Origin: a bacterium
GTDB lineage: Bacteria; Sysuimicrobiota; Sysuimicrobiia; Sysuimicrobiales; Humicultoraceae
NCBI GenBank assembly: GCA_041497675.1
Contig: JBGQGY010000107.1
Coordinates: forward strand, 1 to 12,705
Length of the DNA: 12,705 nucleotides
Direction: 5' to 3'
Position 1 is the stretch's first letter. Each line of letters begins with the position of its first letter. A program made the position numbers and the translations under genes. Shown piece by piece: positions 1-6,536 of the stretch. A model generated the notes under the pieces. It ran no database searches and was not told the DNA's origin. It saw only the letters and a program-made list of their open reading frames with translations.

Positions 1-611
1 AACACCCCGAAGCCTGTGATGATGATCCCGGAAAGTCTGTTCACCGACCGCAACCGCTGCAGGTTGAACCGCTGGCGCATCGTGCCCACGACACCGCTCA
101 ACGTCAGCCACCAGAGCGCCGAGCCGACGAAGACGCCGACCACCAGCAGCGTCGCCGAAGCGTAGTTTGTGGCGGGCCCAGCCAGACCCAGCCCGGCAAA
201 TACTGCTCCGAAAGACAAGATGGTCATCGGATTTGTGAGCGTCAACAGGAATGTCGACGCGTACGCGCCCGCCATGCCCCTCCCTTTCACCGCAGCCGCC
301 AGATCCGCCGGCTGCGCCACAAACGTCGCGACGCCAAGGTAACAGAGAAACAATCCTCCAATCAAACGCAGCCACGGTTGCAGGCCGATGAGCGCCGCCG
401 ACACGACGGTCAGACCAAACCCGGCCACCGTGCCGTACACGGCGTCGGCGGTGGCCGCTCCCAGACCCGAGACCAGACCCACCACCCGCCCGTCCGCCAG
501 AGTCCGTCTGATACACAACACGCCGATCGGCCCAACCGGCGCGGCGATAGAGAACCCGATGACGATCCCTCTCAGCAGAAACGCGGCTCCCACCGGTTGC
601 CACTTCGTCAC
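1..611 (-). CDS. LysE/RhtB-family translocator (amino-acid exporter), 3' end runs off the window
   Basis: Not in the ORF track. Manual translation from GTG at 611 (alternative GTG at 593) gives MTKWQPVGAAFLLRGIVIGFSIAAPVGPIGVLCIRRTLADGRVVGLVSGLGAATADAVYG...STFLLTLTNPMTILSF...GVFVGSALWW...VNRLSGIIITGFGV. The AAPVGP, G..G.ATAD and LTNP motifs are typical of LysE, and there is no stop before position 1. Confidence 0.93.
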   Translation of the reverse strand, partial: MTKWQPVGAAFLLRGIVIGFSIAAPVGPIGVLCIRRTLADGRVVGLVSGLGAATADAVYGTVAGFGLTVVSAALIGLQPWLRLIGGLFLCYLGVATFVAQPADLAAAVKGRGMAGAYASTFLLTLTNPMTILSFGAVFAGLGLAGPATNYASATLLVVGVFVGSALWWLTLSGVVGTMRQRFNLQRLRSVNRLSGIIITGFGV

Positions 612-647
612 GATAGAATCCCCGCCCTTGTCGCGGGGCGCACGGGG

Positions 648-676
648 GCAGGAGTTTAGGTCCCCCTCCCGTATAC
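648..676 (+). promoter_or_regulatory. Putative promoter GCAGGA-N17-GTATAC (sigma-H/alternative-sigma-like) for the Opp/Dpp operon
   Basis: GCAGGA at 648-653, a 17-nt spacer and GTATAC at 671-676. The same motif with identical spacing occurs upstream of the other binding-protein gene (10803-10775, minus strand). It resembles the Bacillus sigma-H consensus AGGA-N17/18-GAAT. Confidence 0.45.
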
Positions 677-705
677 ACGATCGAACATCCTCGCAAACTC
701 CACCT

Positions 706-716
706 GAGGAGGGGGA
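706..716 (+). promoter_or_regulatory. Ribosome-binding site of the family-5 binding protein
   Basis: GAGGAGGGGGA ends 5 nt before ATG 722. Confidence 0.8.
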
Positions 717-721
717 GCACG

Positions 722-2353
722 ATGAGTAGAGGGATGACACGACGCCGGTTTCTCGGCGCGGCCGGCGCCGGATTGGGAGCCGCTGCGCTTTCGCCTTTTC
801 TCAGGACGCTGCCGAATCCCGAGGTAGCCCTCGCGCAGACCGCGGATACGCTCGTCTACGGTATGGCCTCACCGTTCGACACGCTCGATGTGACCGTGAC
901 CACGGCGACGGTTGTTGGCCGAATGGGCCTGCACGTGGTTGACCCCCTGGTGTGGCCCGCGCGGCCTGGAGAGTACGCGCCGGGGCTGGCCACGTCGTGG
1001 ACCATCTCGCCTGATGCCACCGCGTACACCTTCAAGCTCAGGGATGACGTCAAGTTCCACGATGGCACGCCGTTCAATGCCGAAGCCGTGAAAGTGACGT
1101 TCGACCGCGTCGTTGACCCGGCGACGAAGTCGCAGACCGCGATCAGCTTTATCGGGCCGTACGATCGCACCGAGGTGCTCGGCCCGCACGAGGTCCGCGT
1201 GCGGTTCAAGCGTCCCTATGCGTCCTTCTTGAACGGCGCGAGCACCGCGTATCTGGGGATCATCTCCCCAACGGCCCTTCGGCGATATGGCGCCGACTTT
1301 GGCCCGGTGGTCTTCGTCTCGACGGGCCCGTATTCCATCCAGTCGTATCAGTCCGGCGCCGAGATTACACTGGTCCGCAACATCAACTACAACTGGGCCT
1401 CCCGGATCTTCAAGCACAACGGGGCGCCGTATCTCCAGCGGATCGTCTACAAGATCATCACCGAACCCAGCACCCGGTTGGCGACGCTGGAGACGGGGGA
1501 AGCGCACTTCATCGAAGACGTACCGGCCACGGACCTCGAGCGCGTGAAGCAGAATCGCAACTACAAGGTGATCGAGATCACCCAAGCGGGCTCGGGCTGG
1601 TCGTTGATGTTTAACCAGAACCGCGCGCCGACCAACGAACTGGCGATCCGCCGGGCTGTGCAGCTCGCCGTGGACAAAGAGGGCCTGGCCAAAGCCGTCT
1701 GGGCCGGCGTCTTCAAACCGGCGTGCAGCCCGTTCACCACCAACCTGTACGGGTATGACGCAGAGACGTGCAAGAAGTATGCCCGCAACGTGGATCAGGC
1801 CCGAAGGGTGCTGGACGAAGCCGGCTGGCAGATGGGCCCGGACGGCATCCGCGTGAAGGGCGGGCAGAGGCTCAGCATCAACTTCTACTTCCGGACGGAA
1901 AACCCCAAACTACGCGAGATGACGGCGTTTATCCAGGCCAACCTGAGACCGTTGGGGTTTGATGTCCAGTTAACCGGCCAGGCCGGCCCGGCGTACTTCC
2001 AATCGGTGCGAACCGGTCTGCACCACATCCAGTACTGGTGGGAGACAGGCACGGATGCCGGTCAGATCCTGCGCGTCCTGTTCCACTCCAGCAACGCGGG
2101 TGGCGGCACCAACCGCAACAACTACCGCAATGCGGAGATGGACTCGCTCATCGAGCAGATCGGTGGCGAGGCCAATCCGCAGAAGCTCAAGGAACTCTTG
2201 GTGAAGGCCCAGGCGAAGGTGCTCGACGAAGCCATCATGGTCTTCCTGGTCGACCCGCCGTCGCTCTATGCGCACCAGCAACGCCTCTCGGACGTGTGGG
2301 TGGACTGGGGCGGAAACTATCCCTACTTCTACGACGCACGGCTCGCGAGGTAG
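722..2353 (+). CDS. ABC transporter substrate-binding protein, family 5 (OppA/DppA/NikA-like), Tat signal peptide
   Basis: 543 aa. N-terminal TRRRFL twin-arginine motif and ALA-Q cleavage site. Family-5 signature PGLATSWTISPD..YTFKLRDDVKFHDGTPFNAEAVK, plus TGPY, IRRAVQLAVDK and ARRVLDEAGW. Confidence 0.96.
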   Translation: MSRGMTRRRFLGAAGAGLGAAALSPFLRTLPNPEVALAQTADTLVYGMASPFDTLDVTVTTATVVGRMGLHVVDPLVWPARPGEYAPGLATSWTISPDATAYTFKLRDDVKFHDGTPFNAEAVKVTFDRVVDPATKSQTAISFIGPYDRTEVLGPHEVRVRFKRPYASFLNGASTAYLGIISPTALRRYGADFGPVVFVSTGPYSIQSYQSGAEITLVRNINYNWASRIFKHNGAPYLQRIVYKIITEPSTRLATLETGEAHFIEDVPATDLERVKQNRNYKVIEITQAGSGWSLMFNQNRAPTNELAIRRAVQLAVDKEGLAKAVWAGVFKPACSPFTTNLYGYDAETCKKYARNVDQARRVLDEAGWQMGPDGIRVKGGQRLSINFYFRTENPKLREMTAFIQANLRPLGFDVQLTGQAGPAYFQSVRTGLHHIQYWWETGTDAGQILRVLFHSSNAGGGTNRNNYRNAEMDSLIEQIGGEANPQKLKELLVKAQAKVLDEAIMVFLVDPPSLYAHQQRLSDVWVDWGGNYPYFYDARLAR

Positions 2354-2374
2354 GATCGTCCGGAAGGATCGCGA

Positions 2375-2410
2375 CGCGGAGTCCGGGTTCCGATGGGACC
2401 GGGCTCCGCG
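2375..2410 (+). other. GC-rich intercistronic stem-loop after the binding-protein gene (likely mRNA stabiliser or partial attenuator)
   Basis: CGCGGAGTCCGG(G)TTCC-GAT-GGGACCGGGCTCCGCG forms about 16 bp with two G-U pairs and one bulge. There is no U-tract after it. Confidence 0.6.
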
Positions 2411-2455
2411 GCGTCTTGATGCCTCGGCAGCCGCCTCCGGAGCAACCCGACACGC

Positions 2456-3379
2456 ATGCTGCAGTACATTGCTAAGCGCCTCCTGCTGACTATCCCCACG
2501 ATTGTTGCGATCACCCTGTTGGTGTTCGCGATGCTTCACGCCGTCCCGGGTGACCCTGCCACCATCTTCGCCGGGGACAAAAACGTGACACCGGAACAGC
2601 TCGCGGTTGTCCGCCGCGACATGGGTCTCGACCGCCCCTTGACGGTGCAATATCTCGATTATCTGACACGCATCTTGACGGGGAACCTCGGACGATCACT
2701 GTACTCGCAGCGGCCGGTCGGCCTCGAGATCCGCCAGCGGTGGCCGTCGTCCGCAGAGCTGGCCGTCAGCGCGTTCGTGCTGGCATCATCACTCGGGCTG
2801 GTCCTTGGCGTCGTCTCTGCGTTGTGGCGTTCCACGTGGATCGACGCGAGCGCCATGCTCTTTGCCATGCTTGGCGTCTCGATGCCGATCTTCTGGCTGG
2901 CCTCGATGCTGATCTTCGTGTTTGGGATCATCCTCGGATGGTTTCCGGTGATCGGATCGGGCGGATGGAACCGGCTGGTGCTGCCGACGTTGGCCCTGGG
3001 GTTGATCTCATCGGCCACCCTGGCCCGGCTCGTGCGATCGAGCGTGCTCGAAGTGTTGTCGCAGCCCTTCGTGACGACCGCCCGATCAAAGGGCCTGGCC
3101 GAGATGAAGATCCTGGCCCGGCACGTCATGAAGAACGCGTTCATCCCCGTGATTACCGTCATGGGGTTGCAGTTCGGCACCCTGCTCTCGGGAGCGGTCA
3201 TTACCGAGACCGTCTTTGCGCGGCCTGGGATCGGCAAATTGCTGATCGACGCCATCCTGATCAAGGACTTCCCGATCATCCAGGCGGTAATCATGATTAT
3301 CGCGCTGGCCTACGTGCTGATCAATCTGCTCGTCGACGTGTCGTATGCCCTCCTCGACCCCCGAATCCGTTTCGATTGA
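2456..3379 (+). CDS. Peptide/nickel-type ABC transporter permease (OppB/DppB-like)
   Basis: 307 aa. MLQYIAKRLL..., PGDPA, GLDRPL..QY, EAA-loop region FVTTARSKGL, ETVFARPGIG and C-terminal DPRIR. Confidence 0.96.
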   Translation: MLQYIAKRLLLTIPTIVAITLLVFAMLHAVPGDPATIFAGDKNVTPEQLAVVRRDMGLDRPLTVQYLDYLTRILTGNLGRSLYSQRPVGLEIRQRWPSSAELAVSAFVLASSLGLVLGVVSALWRSTWIDASAMLFAMLGVSMPIFWLASMLIFVFGIILGWFPVIGSGGWNRLVLPTLALGLISSATLARLVRSSVLEVLSQPFVTTARSKGLAEMKILARHVMKNAFIPVITVMGLQFGTLLSGAVITETVFARPGIGKLLIDAILIKDFPIIQAVIMIIALAYVLINLLVDVSYALLDPRIRFD

Positions 3380-4250
3380 CGCCACCGTCGACGCCCCGCG
3401 AACACGCGGCCGCTCGATCTGGCGGGATGCGTTGCTTCGCCTGCGGCGATCGCGCGGCGCGATCCTCGGCGCCGTGATCCTGAGCGTGATCATCGTCGCC
3501 GTCTTGGCCGCCGGCGTGCTGTCACCGTACGATCCGCTCGCCGTGGACGCATCCAAGGGATTCATCCCGCCGGGCGGCGCCCACCCCGTCGGTACCGATA
3601 TCCTGGGGCGCGACATTGGGACCCGGATCCTCTACGGCGGCCGGTTGTCGTTGATCACCGGCCTCATCTCGGTCAGCTTCGCCCTGGCAATCGGCGTACC
3701 CATGGGTCTGGCTTCCGGATACTATGGCGGCAATGTCGACCGTGTGCTCATGCGGGTGGTGGACCTGATGCTGACGTTCCCGGGCATCCTGCTGGCGCTG
3801 GTGATCATCGCGGTCCTCGGCCCCAGCCTGCTGAACGCGATGATCGCCGTCGGCATCTCCGCGGCGCCCACGTATGCGCGCGTCGTGCGATCGACGGCGT
3901 TGTCCGCCAAGACCGAAGCCTACATTGAAGCGGCGCGCGCGCTGGGGTGCAGCAGTCCCCGCATCATCGCGCGGCATATCCTCCCCAACACGATCGCACC
4001 GCTGATCGTCTTGGGGACGCTGGGCGTCGCGGGCGCCATCATTGCCGCGGCCTCGCTCAGTTTTCTCGGATTGGGGGCGCAACCTCCACAACCCGAATGG
4101 GGCGCACTGCTGAGCGAGGGCCGCAGTTACCTGCGCCGGGCCTGGTGGATGACCGCCTTCCCAGGCATCGCGATCATGGTCACCGTGCTGGCCATCAACC
4201 TCCTGGGGGATGGTCTGCGCGACGCCCTTGATCCGCGGCTGAGGACATGA
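3345..4250 (+). CDS. Peptide/nickel-type ABC transporter permease (OppC/DppC-like); start codon uncertain
   Basis: SIWRDALLRLRRS N-terminal helix, HPVGTDILGRD, YIEAARALG (EAA loop), HILPN, LSFLGLG.QPP.PEWG and C-terminal GDGLRDALDPR. Confidence 0.95.
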   Translation: MPSSTPESVSIDATVDAPRTRGRSIWRDALLRLRRSRGAILGAVILSVIIVAVLAAGVLSPYDPLAVDASKGFIPPGGAHPVGTDILGRDIGTRILYGGRLSLITGLISVSFALAIGVPMGLASGYYGGNVDRVLMRVVDLMLTFPGILLALVIIAVLGPSLLNAMIAVGISAAPTYARVVRSTALSAKTEAYIEAARALGCSSPRIIARHILPNTIAPLIVLGTLGVAGAIIAAASLSFLGLGAQPPQPEWGALLSEGRSYLRRAWWMTAFPGIAIMVTVLAINLLGDGLRDALDPRLRT

Positions 4251-5245
4251 GCGGCGCCGAGCCGGTGCGCTGGGGCGTCCTCGGCGTCTCCAACATCGCC
4301 GTGAACCGCGTGATCCCAGCGATCCAGCGGTCGTCCAACGGCCGCTTGATCGCCATCGCGAGCCGCACGGTTGAGCGGGCCCGCGATGCGGCGGGGCGTC
4401 TGAACATCCCCACGGCGTACGGCGCCTACCAGGCGCTGCTCGACGATGCCAACATCCAGGCCGTCTACATCCCGCTGCCGAACACGCTGCACCGCGAGTG
4501 GACGATCCGCGCGGCTCAGGCCGGCAAGCACGTCCTCTGCGAGAAGCCCTTGGGCATCAGCGCCGCCGAGTGCGAGGAAATGATCGCGGCCTGCCGGCAA
4601 CGCGGTGTCACCTTGATGGAAGCGTTTATGTATCGATTCCACCCGCGCACGGTGCGCGTCGCGGCGCTGGCCCGTGAGGGCGCCCTGGGAGACGTGCGGC
4701 TGGTCCGCGCCGCGTTCACCTTCCGGGTACGCGATCAGGCGAACAACATCCGCCTGAAGCGTGAGCTCGGCGGCGGCAGTCTCTACGACGTGGGGTGCTA
4801 CTGCGTGAACGCGAGCCGCATGATCCTGGGCGAACCCCGCGACGCGTTTGCGTTTGCGCACGTCGGCGCAAGCGGGGTCGACGAGGCGCTGGGCGGTGTC
4901 CTGCGATTCGACGGCGGGCGGCTCGCAGTGATCGACTGTGGTCTGAGCACCTCACGGCGAGAAGAGTACGAGGTCGTCGGGACCGATGGCCGATTGACGC
5001 TCCCAACCGCGTTCTTGCCAGGGACCGCCGATGCGGAAATCCATCTCACAAAGGGCTCAGAGTCGTCCGTGCTCACCACGCCTGGGGTGGATCAGTACCA
5101 GTCGATGGTCGAGCACTTCGCCGACGCGGTATTGCAGGGCCACGCTGTGGGGTTTCCTCCGGATGATGCGTCGGCCAACCTTCGAACGATCGAGGCCCTC
5201 CTGCGGTCGGCGCGAACCGGCCGGGCCGAGCCCGTGCGCGCATGA
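4247..5245 (+). CDS. Gfo/Idh/MocA-family NAD(P)-dependent oxidoreductase (sugar/cyclitol dehydrogenase-like)
   Basis: 332 aa. VRWGVLG Rossmann start, VYIPLPN.LH.EW, AGKHVLCEKP, MEAFMYRFHP and GGGSLYDVGCY. ATGA overlap with the upstream permease stop. Confidence 0.95.
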   Translation: MSGAEPVRWGVLGVSNIAVNRVIPAIQRSSNGRLIAIASRTVERARDAAGRLNIPTAYGAYQALLDDANIQAVYIPLPNTLHREWTIRAAQAGKHVLCEKPLGISAAECEEMIAACRQRGVTLMEAFMYRFHPRTVRVAALAREGALGDVRLVRAAFTFRVRDQANNIRLKRELGGGSLYDVGCYCVNASRMILGEPRDAFAFAHVGASGVDEALGGVLRFDGGRLAVIDCGLSTSRREEYEVVGTDGRLTLPTAFLPGTADAEIHLTKGSESSVLTTPGVDQYQSMVEHFADAVLQGHAVGFPPDDASANLRTIEALLRSARTGRAEPVRA

Positions 5246-6054
5246 AGCGCGCGACGTTCTTCATTATTATCGCGCTGGCGCTGGCGCCGCCCGCGGTCGG
5301 GCAAACTTCGCCCGTTGCGGTCGTCCTGGAGCCGCGCGTCCAGGCCGATGTCGCGGCAGACTTCACACGGGCGGCCGATCTGACGCTCCAATTCTTCCGC
5401 GAAATCTATGCCGTCGACCTGACCCGCCAGGTCCGCATCGTGCTCGTCCCGGATGCGGCCGCATACGCCGCAGCGATGGTCCGTGAATGGAACATCACCC
5501 AGACCGAGGCCGACCGGCGCGTCCGCACGACGTCCGGCTGGACCAGCGGCACGACCATCATCGTCAACGTCAGCAATACGACCACACCCCGCGCCCGCAT
5601 CTTCCTCGCCTCGCATGAGTTGACCCACCAGTATCAGATTCAGACCAGCGCGCCGGCAGGCGCCTGGAGCCTGTACTGGCTCACCGAGGGCACCGCCGAC
5701 GTGATCGGTGCGCGTGTCGTCGACCGAGGCGGGGTCGGCTCGATGCCGGAAGCCAAACAGGCGTGGATCGACGCGTTGCGCCGCGCACCGACGCGTCCCG
5801 ACCTCAGTCAGATCATCACCGAGCCGTCGTGGTTCGCCGCGCTGAACACGCACGGGGCGGGGGTGACGTATCGTTACGCCGGCATGGCGGCGCTCTATCT
5901 GGCCGAAACCAGAGGCTATCCGCCCTTGATGGGATTCTACGCGGCGCTCCGCGATAGCCGGGATCGGGCGCAGGCGTTCCGTGTGGCCGTCGGGGTGACG
6001 TTAGAAGAGTTCACCACGGACTACAAGGCGCACCTCGATCGTCTGCTCCAGTGA
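5242..6054 (+). CDS. Secreted HExxH zinc-metallopeptidase-like protein (clan MA/gluzincin-like)
   Basis: 270 aa. Sec-type signal peptide MKRATFFIIIALALAPPAVG-Q. HELTH at 5614-5628 is followed by WLTEGTAD (downstream Glu ligand motif) and a later Y..Y helix. ATGA overlap with the upstream gene. Confidence 0.72.
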   Translation: MKRATFFIIIALALAPPAVGQTSPVAVVLEPRVQADVAADFTRAADLTLQFFREIYAVDLTRQVRIVLVPDAAAYAAAMVREWNITQTEADRRVRTTSGWTSGTTIIVNVSNTTTPRARIFLASHELTHQYQIQTSAPAGAWSLYWLTEGTADVIGARVVDRGGVGSMPEAKQAWIDALRRAPTRPDLSQIITEPSWFAALNTHGAGVTYRYAGMAALYLAETRGYPPLMGFYAALRDSRDRAQAFRVAVGVTLEEFTTDYKAHLDRLLQ

Positions 6055-6536
6055 TGGGCGACGGCGAGCGCCCACCTTGGTGGAAAGGACACCGCGGTGA
6101 ATGGTGGGTCATCGGGCAGCTCGCGCTGATGGCCGCCGTCGTGTTCGCGCCGGTGACGTGGCGTTGGACCGGAGCGAGGATGCTCTGGGTGGTGCCCGGC
6201 GTGCTGCTGGTGGCAGCGGGTCTCGGACTCGCCGCAAAAGGGTTGCGTGACCTTGGCCCCAGCCTGAGCCCCTTCCCCCGCCCGCACCTGAGCGCCACGC
6301 TCGTCCAGACCGGCGTGTTCGCCCACACGCGCCACCCCATCTACGGCGGTCTCATCATGGCATCGACAGGATGGGCGTTGTGGCGCGCCAGCGGGCTGCA
6401 CCTGCTGCTGACCGCCGCGTTGGCCGCCTACCTGCACGCCAAGGGCCGGCACGAGGAGACGCTGCTCCTGGAGCGATTCCCAGAATACGCGGCCTACCGG
6501 AAACGAACGAAGCGATTGATCCCCGGGATTCTCTAA
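6051..6536 (+). CDS. Isoprenylcysteine carboxyl methyltransferase / phospholipid methyltransferase (ICMT/PEMT) family membrane protein
   Basis: About 160 aa and hydrophobic, with LSPFPRP, LVQTGVFAHTRHPIYGG and EE..L..RFPEYAAY..RT.R.IP motifs. Starts at GTG 6051 or ATG 6054, overlapping the upstream TGA. Confidence 0.9.
   Translation: MMGDGERPPWWKGHRGEWWVIGQLALMAAVVFAPVTWRWTGARMLWVVPGVLLVAAGLGLAAKGLRDLGPSLSPFPRPHLSATLVQTGVFAHTRHPIYGGLIMASTGWALWRASGLHLLLTAALAAYLHAKGRHEETLLLERFPEYAAYRKRTKRLIPGIL

Noticed and set aside
612..721. Known riboswitch (preQ1, SAM, TPP, etc.) in the leader
   Set aside because: No conserved aptamer sequence was recognised; only generic complementarity was seen, which is reported as a finding.
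378..729. Plus-strand track ORFs 378-659 and 388-729
   Set aside because: They are antisense shadows of the LysE gene and have no recognisable motifs.
2375..2420. Hairpin as an intrinsic terminator
   Set aside because: There is no U-tract on either strand and it sits inside an evident operon, so it is kept only as a stem-loop.
6051..6536. Methanethiol methyltransferase MddA
   Set aside because: It shares the RHP.Y motif but is too short and lacks the extra N-terminal membrane region, so only the family call is supported.
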